Shown: piece by piece, positions 52,905 to 64,000 of the stretch
Numbering within the stretch: the stretch's first letter is position 1
Layout: each line of letters starts with the position of its first letter
Source of the DNA: Escherichia coli
Lineage (GTDB): Bacteria; Pseudomonadota; Gammaproteobacteria; Enterobacterales; Enterobacteriaceae
Reading direction: 5' to 3' (one strand)
DNA length: 64,000 nt
Assembly (NCBI RefSeq): GCF_013122565.1
Contig: NZ_CP053258.1
Notes under the pieces: generated by a model
Databases searched by the model: none
Told to the model about the DNA's origin: nothing
What the model saw: only the letters and a program-made list of their open reading frames with translations
Program-made: the position numbers and the translations under genes

Positions 52905-55337
52905 ATGACCACACTGAAACTGGACACGCTCAGCGACCGCATTAAAGCGCACAAAAATGCGCTGGTGCATATTGTGAAACCGCCGGTTTGTACCGAGCGC
53001 GCGCAGCACTATACCGAGATGTATCAACAACATCTCGATAAGCCGATCCCGGTACGTCGCGCGCTGGCGCTGGCACATCACCTGGCGAATCGCACCATCT
53101 GGATCAAGCACGATGAGTTGATCATCGGCAACCAGGCAAGCGAGGTTCGCGCCGCGCCGATCTTCCCGGAATATACCGTCTCGTGGATCGAAAAAGAGAT
53201 TGATGATCTGGCAGATCGTCCCGGTGCTGGTTTTGCGGTGAGCGAAGAGAACAAACGCGTTCTGCATGAAGTGTGCCCGTGGTGGCGCGGTCAGACCGTA
53301 CAGGATCGCTGCTACGGCATGTTTACCGATGAGCAAAAAGGTCTGCTGGCGACCGGAATCATTAAAGCGGAAGGCAATATGACCTCCGGCGATGCGCACC
53401 TGGCGGTGAATTTCCCGCTGCTGCTGGAAAAAGGTCTTGATGGTCTGCGCGAGAAAGTAGCGGAACGTCGCTCGCGCATCAATCTGACGGTGCTGGAAGA
53501 TTTGCACGGCGAACAATTCCTGAAAGCGATTGATATCGTGCTGGTGGCAGTCAGTGAACACATTGAACGTTTCGCTGCCCTGGCGCGTGAAATGGCCGCG
53601 ACCGAAACTCGCGAAAACCGTCGCGATGAACTGCTGGCGATAGCAGAAAACTGCGATCTTATCGCCCACCAGCCGCCGCGGACTTTCTGGCAGGCGCTGC
53701 AACTGTGTTACTTCATCCAGTTGATTTTGCAGATCGAATCCAACGGTCACTCGGTATCGTTTGGTCGTATGGACCAGTATCTGTACCCGTATTATCGTCG
53801 CGACGTTGAACTCAACCAGACGCTGGATCGCGAACACGCCATCGAGATGCTGCATAGCTGCTGGCTGAAACTGCTGGAAGTGAACAAGATCCGCTCCGGC
53901 TCGCACTCAAAAGCCTCTGCGGGTAGTCCGCTGTATCAGAACGTCACCATTGGCGGGCAAAATCTGGTTGATGGTCAACCAATGGACGCGGTGAATCCAC
54001 TCTCTTACGCGATCCTCGAATCCTGCGGTCGCCTGCGTTCCACTCAGCCTAACCTCAGCGTGCGTTACCACGCGGGAATGAGCAACGATTTCCTCGACGC
54101 CTGCGTACAGGTGATCCGCTGCGGCTTCGGGATGCCGGCGTTCAACAACGACGAAATCGTCATCCCGGAATTTATTAAACTCGGTATTGAACCGCAGGAC
54201 GCTTACGACTATGCAGCAATTGGCTGTATAGAAACCGCCGTCGGTGGCAAATGGGGCTATCGCTGTACCGGCATGAGCTTTATCAACTTCGCCCGTGTGA
54301 TGCTGGCGGCGCTGGAAGGTGGTCGAGACGCCACCAGCGGCAAAGTGTTCCTGCCACAAGAAAAAGCGTTGTCAGCGGGTAACTTTAACAATTTCGATGA
54401 AGTAATGGACGCGTGGGATACGCAAATCCGTTACTACACCCGCAAATCAATCGAAATCGAATATGTCGTCGACACCATGCTGGAAGAGAACGTGCACGAT
54501 ATTCTCTGCTCGGCGCTGGTGGATGACTGTATTGAGCGAGCAAAAAGTATCAAGCAAGGCGGCGCGAAATATGACTGGGTTTCTGGCCTGCAGGTCGGCA
54601 TTGCCAACCTCGGCAACAGCCTGGCTGCAGTGAAGAAACTGGTGTTTGAACAGGGCGCGATTGGTCAGCAACAGCTGGCTGCCGCACTGGCGGATGACTT
54701 CGACGGCCTGACGCACGAGCAGCTGCGTCAGCGGCTGATTAACGGTGCGCCGAAGTACGGCAACGACGATGATACTGTCGATACGCTGCTGGCTCGCGCT
54801 TATCAGACCTATATCGACGAACTGAAGCAGTACCATAACCCGCGCTACGGACGTGGTCCGGTTGGCGGCAACTATTACGCGGGTACGTCGTCTATCTCCG
54901 CTAACGTACCGTTTGGCGCGCAAACTATGGCAACGCCAGACGGACGTAAAGCCCACACCCCGCTGGCAGAAGGCGCAAGCCCGGCCTCCGGTACTGACCA
55001 TCTTGGCCCTACTGCGGTCATTGGCTCGGTGGGTAAACTGCCTACGGCAGCGATCCTCGGCGGCGTGTTGCTCAACCAGAAACTGAATCCGGCAACGCTG
55101 GAGAACGAATCTGACAAGCAGAAACTGATGATCCTGCTGCGTACCTTCTTTGAAGTGCATAAAGGCTGGCATATTCAGTACAACATCGTTTCCCGCGAAA
55201 CGCTGCTGGAAGCGAAAAAACATCCGGATCAGTACCGCGATCTGGTAGTGCGCGTCGCGGGCTATTCCGCCTTCTTCACCGCGCTCTCTCCAGACGCACA
55301 GGACGATATCATCGCCCGTACCGAACATATGCTGTAA
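52905..55337 (+). CDS. pflF: Glycyl-radical enzyme (pyruvate formate-lyase-like) PflF (YbiW)
   Basis: 810 aa; C-terminal glycyl radical motif region ...RVAGYSAFF... Confidence 0.9.
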   Translation: MTTLKLDTLSDRIKAHKNALVHIVKPPVCTERAQHYTEMYQQHLDKPIPVRRALALAHHLANRTIWIKHDELIIGNQASEVRAAPIFPEYTVSWIEKEIDDLADRPGAGFAVSEENKRVLHEVCPWWRGQTVQDRCYGMFTDEQKGLLATGIIKAEGNMTSGDAHLAVNFPLLLEKGLDGLREKVAERRSRINLTVLEDLHGEQFLKAIDIVLVAVSEHIERFAALAREMAATETRENRRDELLAIAENCDLIAHQPPRTFWQALQLCYFIQLILQIESNGHSVSFGRMDQYLYPYYRRDVELNQTLDREHAIEMLHSCWLKLLEVNKIRSGSHSKASAGSPLYQNVTIGGQNLVDGQPMDAVNPLSYAILESCGRLRSTQPNLSVRYHAGMSNDFLDACVQVIRCGFGMPAFNNDEIVIPEFIKLGIEPQDAYDYAAIGCIETAVGGKWGYRCTGMSFINFARVMLAALEGGRDATSGKVFLPQEKALSAGNFNNFDEVMDAWDTQIRYYTRKSIEIEYVVDTMLEENVHDILCSALVDDCIERAKSIKQGGAKYDWVSGLQVGIANLGNSLAAVKKLVFEQGAIGQQQLAAALADDFDGLTHEQLRQRLINGAPKYGNDDDTVDTLLARAYQTYIDELKQYHNPRYGRGPVGGNYYAGTSSISANVPFGAQTMATPDGRKAHTPLAEGASPASGTDHLGPTAVIGSVGKLPTAAILGGVLLNQKLNPATLENESDKQKLMILLRTFFEVHKGWHIQYNIVSRETLLEAKKHPDQYRDLVVRVAGYSAFFTALSPDAQDDIIARTEHML

Positions 55338-55476
55338 TCTCCTCAGCCCGGTAACGGTTGTTGCCGGGCGAAAATACTCATCCCATCGATATTATTTTAA
55401 TCCGAAATAAATTTGTGCTCCGCGTCCCATTGTCATTACACTGTGGCGGTTTGCATTCATTGTCAGGAGCACATCT

Positions 55477-56292
55477 ATGAGCGTAAAAGTTATCGTCACA
55501 GACATGGACGGTACTTTTCTGAGCGACGCCAAAACGTACAACAATGAGCGTTTTATGGTGCAATATCAGGAACTTAAAAAGCGCGGCATTGAGTTCGTTG
55601 TCGCCAGCGGTAATCAGTATTACCAGCTTATTTCGTTCTTTCCTGAGCTAAAGGATGAGATCTCTTTTGTCGCGGAAAACGGCGCACTGGTTTACGAAAA
55701 TGGCATGCAGTTGTTCCACGGCGAATTAACCCGACATGAATCGCGGATTGTTATTGGCGAGTTGCTGAAAGACAAGCAACTCAATTTTGTCGCCTGCGGT
55801 TTGCAAAGCGCGTATGTCAGCGAAAATGCCCCCGAAGCATTCGTCGCACTGATGGCAAAACACTACCATCGCCTGAAACCTGTAAAAGATTATCAGGAGA
55901 TTGACGACGTACTGTTCAAGTTTTCGCTCAACCTGCCGGATGAACAAATCCCGTTAGTGATCGACAAACTGCACGTAGCGCTCGATGGCATTATGAAACC
56001 CGTCACCAGTGGTTTTGGCTTTATCGACCTGATTATTCCCGGTCTACATAAAGCGAATGGTATTACGCGGTTGCTGAAACGCTGGGATCTGTCACCGCAA
56101 AATGTGGTAGCGGTTGGCGACAGCGGTAACGATGCGGAGATGCTGAAAATGGCGCGTTATTCCTTTGCGATGGGCAATGCTGCGGAAAACATTAAACAAA
56201 TCGCCCGTTACGCTACCGATGATAATAATCATGAAGGCGCGCTGAATGTGATTCAGGCGGTGCTGGATAATAAAGCGCCGTTTACTCTTTAA
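55477..56292 (+). CDS. ybiV: HAD-family sugar phosphatase YbiV (SupH)
   Basis: 271 aa; [15 protein letters not shown] (DxDGT). Confidence 0.9.
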   Translation: MSVKVIVTDMDGTFLSDAKTYNNERFMVQYQELKKRGIEFVVASGNQYYQLISFFPELKDEISFVAENGALVYENGMQLFHGELTRHESRIVIGELLKDKQLNFVACGLQSAYVSENAPEAFVALMAKHYHRLKPVKDYQEIDDVLFKFSLNLPDEQIPLVIDKLHVALDGIMKPVTSGFGFIDLIIPGLHKANGITRLLKRWDLSPQNVVAVGDSGNDAEMLKMARYSFAMGNAAENIKQIARYATDDNNHEGALNVIQAVLDNKAPFTL

Positions 56293-56333
56293 TAATTGCC
56301 GATTCATTTTATTGAGAAAGTGCGCGTCGTCAT

Positions 56334-56431
56334 GCCGGATGCGGCGTGACCGCCTTATCCAGCCTACAAAATCATGCAAATTCAACATATTGCGATACGC
56401 TGCCAGGTCTGATAAGCGTAGCGCATCAGGC
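56334..56431. repeat. REP/BIME element (two REP units in opposite orientation) plus adjacent hairpin at 56456-56482
   Basis: gccggatgcggcgtgaccgccttatccagcctac and ggtctgataagcgtagcgcatcaggc match the E. coli REP consensus. Confidence 0.8.
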
Positions 56432-56491
56432 AATTTTGCATTTGTCATCAGTCTCAGTAGCCCTGACATTATCAGGGCTACTGGTAATAAC

Positions 56492-58084
56492 TTACTCGAT
56501 CCCTTTACTACGCAGGTAATCTTCGTAATTACCGCTAAAGTCGATCACGCGTTCCGGGGTGATTTCCAGAATACGGGTCGCCAGGGAGCTTACAAACTCA
56601 CGGTCGTGAGAAACAAAGATCAGCGTGCCCTGATACAGTTCCAGTGCCATGTTCAGCGACTCGATGGATTCCATATCCAGATGGTTGGTCGGTTCGTCCA
56701 TGATCAGAATGTTTGGCTTCTGCATCATTAACTTACCAAACAGCATCCGCCCTTTTTCCCCACCGGAAAGCACTTTAGCTGGCTTTTTGATGTCGTCCTG
56801 GCTGAACAGCAAACGACCGAGAATGCTGCGTACCGCCTGCTCGTCATCGCCTTCCTGCTTCCACTGACTCATCCATTCGAACACGGTCAGATCATTTTCG
56901 AACTCATATTCGTGGTCCTGAGCGTAGTAACCAATGCGCGCATTTTCAGACCATTTTACGGTGCCGCTCTCCGGTTGCAGATCGCCCACCAGCGTTTTCA
57001 GCAGCGTTGATTTACCGACGCCGTTGGTACCCAGTACCGCCAGTTTTTCACCGACTTCCAGCAGCAGGTTGAGATTTTTAAACAGCGGACCGTTATCAAA
57101 CCCTTTGGTCAGACCTTCCACTTCCAGCGCGTTACGGAACAGTTTCTTATCCTGTTCAAAACGGATGAACGGGTTCTGACGGCTGGAGGCTTTCACCTCT
57201 TCCAGTTTGATTTTATCAATCTGGCGCGCGCGCGAAGTTGCCTGGCGAGATTTCGAGGCGTTGGCGCTAAAGCGGCTAACGAAAGATTGCAGCTCAGCAA
57301 TCTGCGCTTTCTTCTTGGCGTTATCAGCCAGCAGACGTTCACGCGCCTGGGTCGCCGCCGTCATGTACTCATCGTAGTTGCCCGGATAAACGCGCAGCTC
57401 ACCGTAATCCAGATCCGCCATGTGGGTACAAACCATGTTAAGGAAGTGACGGTCGTGCGAGATGATGATCATGGTGCTGTCACGCTCGTTCAGCACCTGT
57501 TCCAGCCAGCGAATGGTGTCGATGTCGAGGTTGTTGGTCGGTTCGTCGAGCAGGAGAATGTCTGGATCAGCAAACAGCGCCTGCGCCAGCAGCACACGAA
57601 GCTTCCAGCCAGGAGCAACTTCACTCATCGGGCCGAAGTGCTGTTCCACTGGAATTCCCACGCCAAGCAACAGTTCACCGGCGCGAGCTTCCGCAGAGTA
57701 ACCGTCCATTTCGCCGTATTTCACTTCCAGATCGGCCACTTTATAGCCGTCTTCTTCACTCATTTCCGGCAAAGCATAGATGCGGTCACGCTCCTGCTTC
57801 ACTTCCCACAACTCTTTATGCCCCATGATCACCGTATCCAGCACAGTGAACTCTTCAAAGGCAAACTGATCCTGACGCAGCTTACCAATGCGCTCGTTGG
57901 GATCGAGGGAAACGTTACCCAACGTCGGCTCTAAGTCGCCGCCGAGGATCTTCATAAAGGTGGATTTACCACTACCGTTCGCGCCAATCAGGCCGTAACG
58001 GTTGCCGCCGCCAAATTTGACGGAAATGTTTTCAAACAACGGCTTACTGCCGAACTGCATGGTGACGTTACTGGAAACTAACAC
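56492..58084 (-). CDS. ybiT: ABC-F family ATPase YbiT
   Basis: 530 aa; two ABC domains ([20 protein letters not shown]). Confidence 0.95.
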   Translation of the reverse strand: MLVSSNVTMQFGSKPLFENISVKFGGGNRYGLIGANGSGKSTFMKILGGDLEPTLGNVSLDPNERIGKLRQDQFAFEEFTVLDTVIMGHKELWEVKQERDRIYALPEMSEEDGYKVADLEVKYGEMDGYSAEARAGELLLGVGIPVEQHFGPMSEVAPGWKLRVLLAQALFADPDILLLDEPTNNLDIDTIRWLEQVLNERDSTMIIISHDRHFLNMVCTHMADLDYGELRVYPGNYDEYMTAATQARERLLADNAKKKAQIAELQSFVSRFSANASKSRQATSRARQIDKIKLEEVKASSRQNPFIRFEQDKKLFRNALEVEGLTKGFDNGPLFKNLNLLLEVGEKLAVLGTNGVGKSTLLKTLVGDLQPESGTVKWSENARIGYYAQDHEYEFENDLTVFEWMSQWKQEGDDEQAVRSILGRLLFSQDDIKKPAKVLSGGEKGRMLFGKLMMQKPNILIMDEPTNHLDMESIESLNMALELYQGTLIFVSHDREFVSSLATRILEITPERVIDFSGNYEDYLRSKGIE

Positions 58085-58302
58085 AGGCGTATCCTGAAAA
58101 GAGATATGACAAACCGCGCATTATGCCATAAGTCTGAAAGAAGATCCTGCTCCTCGCTTAAGGTCTACACTCAAGCCAAAGGCAAAAAATGTGATTTCGT
58201 ACACATCTGATTTCACTGTGAGCTGGAATGAACTTATAATGCGCTTCCAATACTCTAATATTCTCAACCCAATGGCCTGCCAGGCACAAAATCTCGCTTA
58301 AC

Positions 58303-59223
58303 ATGAATATGAAATTGAAAACATTATTCGCAGCGGCCTTCGCTGTTGTCGGCTTTTGCAGTACCGCCTCTGCGGTAACTTATCCTCTGCCAACCGACGG
58401 GAGTCGCCTGGTTGGTCAGAATCAGGTGATCACCATTCCTGAAGGTAACACTCAGCCGCTGGAGTATTTTGCCGCCGAGTACCAGATGGGGCTTTCCAAT
58501 ATGATGGAAGCGAACCCGGGTGTGGATACCTTCCTGCCGAAAGGCGGTACTGTACTGAACATTCCACAGCAGCTGATCCTGCCGGATACCGTTCATGAAG
58601 GCATCGTCATTAACAGTGCAGAGATGCGTCTGTATTACTATCCGAAAGGGACCAACACCGTTATCGTGCTGCCGATCGGCATTGGTCAGTTAGGCAAAGA
58701 CACGCCTATCAACTGGACCACCAAAGTTGAGCGTAAAAAAGCAGGCCCGACCTGGACGCCGACCGCCAAAATGCACGCAGAGTACCGCGCTGCGGGCGAA
58801 CCGCTTCCGGCTGTCGTTCCGGCAGGTCCGGATAACCCGATGGGTCTGTATGCACTCTATATCGGTCGCCTGTACGCTATCCATGGCACCAACGCCAACT
58901 TCGGTATCGGCCTGCGTGTAAGTCATGGTTGTGTGCGTCTGCGTAACGAAGACATCAAATTCCTGTTCGAGAAAGTACCGGTTGGTACCCGCGTACAGTT
59001 TATTGATGAGCCGGTAAAAGCGACCACCGAGCCAGACGGCAGCCGTTATATTGAAGTCCATAACCCGCTGTCTACCACCGAAGCCCAGTTTGAAGGTCAG
59101 GAAATTGTGCCAATTACCCTGACGAAGAGCGTGCAGACAGTGACCGGTCAGCCAGATGTTGACCAGGTTGTTCTTGATGAAGCGATCAAAAATCGTTCCG
59201 GGATGCCGGTTCGTCTGAATTAA
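58303..59223 (+). CDS. ldtB: L,D-transpeptidase LdtB (YbiS)
   Basis: 306 aa; signal peptide; YkuD active site HGCVRL. Confidence 0.95.
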
Positions 59224-59280
59224 TCTTCAAAACGTAAAACAAAGGCGGACTCATAATCCGCCTTTTTTATTTGCCAGACC

Positions 59281-60399
59281 TTACCAGGCCGGGAGCATAA
59301 CCAACAAAACATATCCCACCAGCGCCGCCCACAACAGCATCGGTATTGAATAGAGATGGAAACGCCACCAGATGCGGCGATCGTTCGCCATACGTAGCGC
59401 AATCAAATTTGCCAGCGATCCGGGTAATAACCCAAAGCCACCTACGTTTACCGCCCATGCCAGTAATAAAGACGGCGGCACATAGTTCAGCAACAATATG
59501 GTACTCGGCACGTTACTGATCACCTGCGATAAACCGATTGCCGTTAACCATAACCCGGGTTCAGATAAATGACTCACGTTAACCAACACGCCTTGCAACG
59601 CTGGAAGCTGGGTCAGTAAATGGACGTCGATAAACATCGCCATAAACACCAGCAGCAACGTCCAGTCCACACTCAACACCACGCGACGTGCCAGCAGCGC
59701 AAAGCCCGCCGCCACAATCACCAGTCCCCACAGCTCTTGTTTGAACTCCAGCGCCGTCAGAAAAACGATATACAGCCCCAGACAACTCCACACCAGCCGC
59801 GGTTTCCACTCCGGCGTTTGCACCCCAGTATGGTATTGCAGCGCCTTTCCAGGGAAACAACACCAGCACAACAGCATGAGTGTCAGCATCATTGCGCCAG
59901 CCAGCGGTGCCATTTGGGCAATAAATCCGGCAAACGAAAGACCAGAACGTCCCCAGATAAGAATATTTTGCGGGTTGCCAATTGGCGTCAGTAGCGAACC
60001 AGCGTTGACTGCCAGCGCCTCAAAAATAATCAGCCGATTAACCGGGATCTCACACAGTCTTTTTAGCGTGATAGTCAGCGGAACAACAATAAACAGCGCG
60101 ACATCGTTGGTCAGAAAGGTAGAAAGCAGCGCCGCCGCCAGCACCATAAACATCGCCAGCCGACGCTCTGTAGCAAAGCGGCGCACCATTTTGCGCCCCA
60201 GCACATCAAAATAACCGCTTAACTCCACACCTTTGGTCAGCAGCATCAGGCCGCTTAATGTGATGATGGTGTGCCAGTCGATAGCAGCAGGCCAGGATTT
60301 CGGTGCAAAGGGCACGAAAAAGCTTAATCCGATACCAACAAGAATTAATAACTGAAAAAAACGATCGCCTTGCAGCGTGCGTAAAAAAGGCAGGCTCAT
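59281..60399 (-). CDS. ybiR: Inner membrane transporter YbiR
   Basis: 372 aa polytopic membrane protein; synteny. Confidence 0.9.
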
Positions 60400-60863
60400 T
60401 TGGCACCGTGTTTCTGGGTAAACAAACGAAAAGCGTCGAGCGTCTCTTCACTAACATGGTGCTCCATGCCTTCCGCGTCGCGACGGGCGATTTCCGGACT
60501 GACGCCCAACACCAACAAGAAATTTTCGACTATCTGATGTCGCTCGCGGCTTTCCTGCGCCAGCTTCTCTCCTTCTGCCGTTAAAAACACGCCACGCCAG
60601 GGGATCATTTCAATCAGCCCCATGGTTGCCAGCCGCTTAAGCATTTTAGCCACCGTCGGTTGCGAAACTCCCAAACGAGCAGCCATGTCTACCTGACGAG
60701 CTTCCCCCACTTCCCTGATCAAGTCAGAAATCAGCTCAACGTAATCATCAATAAGCTCGCGCCGATGCGCCTCTCTGACCTGGCGGAACCCTTCAACGTG
60801 CTCTTCCACGTTCACTAACTGCGTCACTTTTTTTGCTGTTGGCGTACCTGCGCGACGACTCAT
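60396..60863 (-). CDS. mntR: Manganese-responsive repressor MntR
   Basis: 155 aa; [29 protein letters not shown]... Confidence 0.95.
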
Positions 60864-61048
60864 TGTGCTTCCTCATTATGGTGACGCATACATAGCGTTC
60901 TCATTTCGTGCGCACATTGTAAACCAGAGTTGCGAAGGTACAAAAAATTAACGTTTTAGCAATAGCTATATAATATAGCCTGTGCTATATCTGTATGTAA
61001 TGCAATCATCCCTCAAGGATCGACGGGATTAGCAAGTCAGGAGGTCTT

Positions 61049-61177
61049 ATGAATGAGTTCAAGAGGTGTATGCGCGTGTTTAGTCATTCTCCCTTTAAAG
61101 TACGGTTAATGCTGCTCTCTATGTTGTGCGATATGGTCAACAACAAACCGCAGCAAGATAAACCTTCAGATAAATAG
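61049..61177 (+). CDS. mntS: Small protein MntS (rybA locus)
   Basis: 42 aa MNEFKRCMRVFSHSPFKVRLMLLSMLCDMVNNKPQQDKPSDK; GGAGG RBS. Confidence 0.85.
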   Translation: MNEFKRCMRVFSHSPFKVRLMLLSMLCDMVNNKPQQDKPSDK

Positions 61178-61448
61178 CGGCGTCGCGGTACGCCGCTTCA
61201 CTCCTGCTTTTATGCAGGCATAACGCGTTTTGGTCTGAAAAACCCCACTTTTTGTCGGATTTGCAATCCCCTTCGCAAAAGATTTGTTCGTCAGTAGTTG
61301 ACCTGAACGGCGGCTCGCTCTATCTTCTTGCAGCCCTGCGTATATTGCGGCTCGCGGATGCGGACCCCTTTCCCCTCTTCACGCACTCTTGCAGGTATTG
61401 ACCCTTGACGCCAGGGTAAGCACATGGCGTTTGTTACGATAGTGGCAT

Positions 61449-63032
61449 ATGAATTTAACCCTCAAAGAATCGCTTGTTACCCGTAGCCGGGTATTTAGCC
61501 CGTGGACTGCGTTCTACTTTTTACAGTCGCTATTAATTAACCTCGGCTTAGGTTACCCCTTCAGTTTGCTCTACACCGCTGCATTTACGGCTATTTTGCT
61601 TTTGCTATGGCGAACATTGCCTCGCGTACAAAAAGTTCTGGTCGGTGTCAGTTCGCTGGTGGCGGCTTGTTATTTCCCTTTTGCTCAGGCCTACGGCGCG
61701 CCTAATTTCAATACATTGCTGGCATTGCACTCCACCAATATGGAAGAGTCGACCGAAATCCTGACGATTTTTCCGTGGTACAGCTACCTGGTCGGCTTAT
61801 TTATTTTTGCGCTCGGCGTAATAGCAATCAGGCGAAAAAAAGAGAATGAAAAAGCGCGCTGGAATACCTTCGACAGCCTGTGTCTGGTATTCAGTGTGGC
61901 GACATTTTTTGTTGCTCCCGTGCAAAACCTGGCCTGGGGTGGCGTATTTAAACTGAAAGATACTGGCTATCCGGTATTTCGTTTTGCTAAGGATGTCATC
62001 GTCAATAATAACGAGGTGATTGAAGAGCAAGAACGGATGGCAAAACTTTCCGGAATGAAAGATACCTGGACGGTCACTGCCGTTAAGCCGAAGTATCAGA
62101 CCTATGTGGTGGTGATCGGTGAAAGCGCGCGTCGCGATGCCCTCGGTGCCTTTGGCGGTCACTGGGACAATACCCCGTTTGCCAGCAGCGTTAACGGTTT
62201 GATATTTGCTGACTACATTGCCGCCAGTGGCTCCACGCAGAAATCGCTTGGCTTAACGCTCAATCGCGTAGTCGATGGCAAACCACAGTTTCAGGATAAC
62301 TTTGTCACCCTGGCAAATCGCGCGGGCTTCCAGACCTGGTGGTTTTCCAACCAGGGTCAAATCGGCGAATACGATACCGCTATCGCCAGCATCGCCAAAC
62401 GAGCAGATGAAGTGTACTTCCTGAAAGAAGGTAATTTTGAAGCAGATAAAAACACGAAAGACGAAGCGTTACTGGATATGACCGCTCAAGTGCTGGCGCA
62501 AGAGCACTCGCAACCGCAGCTGATTGTTCTGCATCTGATGGGCTCGCATCCGCAGGCCTGCGACCGGACACAAGGAAAATACGAAACCTTTGTGCAATCG
62601 AAAGAAACGTCGTGCTATCTCTATACTATGACGCAAACGGACGATTTACTGCGCAAGCTGTACGATCAGTTACGCAACAGCGGCAGCAGCTTCTCGATGG
62701 TTTACTTTTCTGACCACGGTCTGGCCTTTAAAGAGCGCGGCAAAGACGTGCAATACCTTGCCCATGATGATAAATATCAGCAAAATTTCCAGGTGCCTTT
62801 TATGGTCATTTCCAGCGACGATAAAGCGCATCGTGTGATTAAAGCCCGCCGCTCAGCCAATGACTTCTTAGGCTTTTTCTCCCAGTGGACGGGAATTAAA
62901 GCGAAGGAAATTAACATCAAATACCCGTTTATATCTGAGAAGAAAGCCGGGCCGATATACATCACCAACTTCCAGTTACAGAAGGTGGATTACAACCATC
63001 TCGGAACCGATATTTTCGACCCGAAGCCTTAA
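61449..63032 (+). CDS. opgE: Phosphoethanolamine transferase OpgE (YbiP)
   Basis: 527 aa; N-terminal membrane helices then sulfatase-like domain. Confidence 0.9.
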   Translation: MNLTLKESLVTRSRVFSPWTAFYFLQSLLINLGLGYPFSLLYTAAFTAILLLLWRTLPRVQKVLVGVSSLVAACYFPFAQAYGAPNFNTLLALHSTNMEESTEILTIFPWYSYLVGLFIFALGVIAIRRKKENEKARWNTFDSLCLVFSVATFFVAPVQNLAWGGVFKLKDTGYPVFRFAKDVIVNNNEVIEEQERMAKLSGMKDTWTVTAVKPKYQTYVVVIGESARRDALGAFGGHWDNTPFASSVNGLIFADYIAASGSTQKSLGLTLNRVVDGKPQFQDNFVTLANRAGFQTWWFSNQGQIGEYDTAIASIAKRADEVYFLKEGNFEADKNTKDEALLDMTAQVLAQEHSQPQLIVLHLMGSHPQACDRTQGKYETFVQSKETSCYLYTMTQTDDLLRKLYDQLRNSGSSFSMVYFSDHGLAFKERGKDVQYLAHDDKYQQNFQVPFMVISSDDKAHRVIKARRSANDFLGFFSQWTGIKAKEINIKYPFISEKKAGPIYITNFQLQKVDYNHLGTDIFDPKP

Positions 63033-63066
63033 AAACAAAAATCCGCCCCGAGAGGCGGATTTTTTA
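63032..63066. terminator. Bidirectional rho-independent terminator between opgE and ompX
   Basis: aaaaacaaaa-atccgcc-ccgaga-ggcggat-ttttt. Confidence 0.75.
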
Positions 63067-63080
63067 TATCACCAAAGTGA

Positions 63081-63596
63081 TTAGAAGCGGTAACCAACAC
63101 CGGCAATCCAGGTGCCTACGTCAACGCTACGAATACGGCTCTGCTCGTAAGAGAAGTCCAGAGCAACGTTTTCCATCGGGTTGAACTGCAGACCAGCACC
63201 GTAGGAGAAACCGTAGTCGCTGGTGTCGTGTTTGTAGGTCGGGTATTCAGTGGTCTGGAATTTACCATAACCCACACCCACTACACCGTAGATGCTTGCC
63301 CAGTCGTTAATGCGGTAAGCCGGACCAGCAGTGATGCCGTAGTACTGGTTTTTGTTGTAGTCACCAGAGCTTGCAGTACGGCTTTTCTCGGTGTAAGTGA
63401 AAGAACCGATCACACCCAGCGGGCTGTTGTCTTCTTCATAGCGGTATTTCAGGTTGAAACCGCCCATTTTGTTCATTTGGCCCTGAGCGTCGCTCTGTGC
63501 GTAACCGCCAGTTACGGTAGAAGTCGCAGCTACGGAAGTACCTGCGGTGAAAGCCAGAACTGCGGCCAGTGCTGAAAGACATGCAATTTTTTTCAT
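63081..63596 (-). CDS. ompX: Outer membrane protein X
   Basis: Trimmed to MKKIACLSALAAVLAFTAGTSVA...; C-terminal ...AGVGYRF. Confidence 0.95.
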   Translation of the reverse strand: MKKIACLSALAAVLAFTAGTSVAATSTVTGGYAQSDAQGQMNKMGGFNLKYRYEEDNSPLGVIGSFTYTEKSRTASSGDYNKNQYYGITAGPAYRINDWASIYGVVGVGYGKFQTTEYPTYKHDTSDYGFSYGAGLQFNPMENVALDFSYEQSRIRSVDVGTWIAGVGYRF

Positions 63597-63948
63597 AACC
63601 ACCTCAAATGTGATTCAAATAAGTCCTAAGTTTTAAATATATCAAAAATTAATGGGAAACTCTTCGCGATTTGTGATGTCTAACGGGCCATTTCATGTAA
63701 CAGAACGTTTCCATACACCGCTATCCATCTAAATTTAAATCACTTTTTCAGAGAACTGCGTAAGTATTACGCATGTTTTCCCTGTCATTCATCCAGATTA
63801 TTCCTAATCACAAGACTAATGATTCCATCAATCCTGGCGCATTTTAGTCAAAACGGGGGAAAATTTTTTCAACAAATGCTCAACCAGCATTGGGTATATC
63901 CAGTACACTCCACGCTTTACTTAAGTCTAGATATTTGTGGGAGAAAGG

Positions 63949-64000
63949 ATGCCTGGTTCATTACGTAAAATGCCGGTCTGGTTACCAATAGTCATATTGC
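63949..64000 (+). CDS. rhtA: Threonine/homoserine exporter RhtA, N-terminal fragment (3' end beyond window)
   Basis: MPGSLRKMPVWLPIVIL...; GGAAAGG RBS; divergent from ompX. Confidence 0.8.
   Translation, partial: MPGSLRKMPVWLPIVIL

Noticed and set aside
52800-55328. Long minus-strand ORFs (368 aa at 52800-53906, 293 aa at 54447-55328) opposite pflF
   Set aside because: Antisense to the 810-aa glycyl-radical enzyme gene; typical high-GC shadow ORFs.
57287-57934. 215-aa plus-strand ORF opposite ybiT
   Set aside because: Antisense to the conserved ABC-F gene; no independent support.
1-64000. CRISPR arrays, IS elements, rRNA/tRNA genes
   Set aside because: No regularly spaced short direct repeats, no transposase-like ORFs and no rRNA/tRNA-like sequences were seen on reading both strands.

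Overview
The window is an Escherichia coli-type chromosomal segment with two parts. (1) Positions 1 to about 26590 are the right-hand portion of a P2/186-family temperate prophage, cut off by the window start. Read in window order it carries tail fiber and baseplate genes (G, H, I, J, W, V), tail completion genes (S, R), a lysis cassette (spanins, SAR-type endolysin, holin), capsid genes (X, L, M, N, O), terminase P and portal Q, then a cargo region, replication gene A, a Dam methylase, the early operon (cII-like, apl-like), a cI-like repressor and a tyrosine integrase abutting the host gene rcdA. The prophage carries several AT-rich cargo genes: a retron cassette (msr-msd-like ncRNA plus a 586-aa reverse transcriptase with a C-terminal TOPRIM domain) that I believe corresponds to the classical retron-Ec67 (Retron-Eco2) element; a coiled-coil/T5orf172 (GIY-YIG-like) protein co-transcribed with the repressor; an Rx4H (HEPN-like) protein inserted antisense inside the tail operon; and a small secreted protein. 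There is also an SOS (LexA-box) controlled DinI/Tum-like module and evidence for an invertible tail-fiber segment. (2) Positions 26588 to 64000 are conserved core genes in the order rcdA, ybjJ, ybjI, ybjH, mdfA, ybjG, deoR, dacC, gstB, yliI, bssR, rimO, [toxin-antitoxin pair], dgcI, pdeI, gsiDCBA, iaaA, moeAB, fsaA, pflEF, ybiV, ybiT, ldtB, ybiR, mntR, mntS, opgE, ompX and the start of rhtA. This is the K-12 ompX-rcdA region in inverted orientation. Relative to my memory of K-12 there is an extra RelE/HigB-like toxin plus HTH antitoxin between rimO and dgcI, and ybiU is absent between ybiV and ybiT. All identifications rest on reading the translations and motifs by eye and on recalled gene order; no database search was run.
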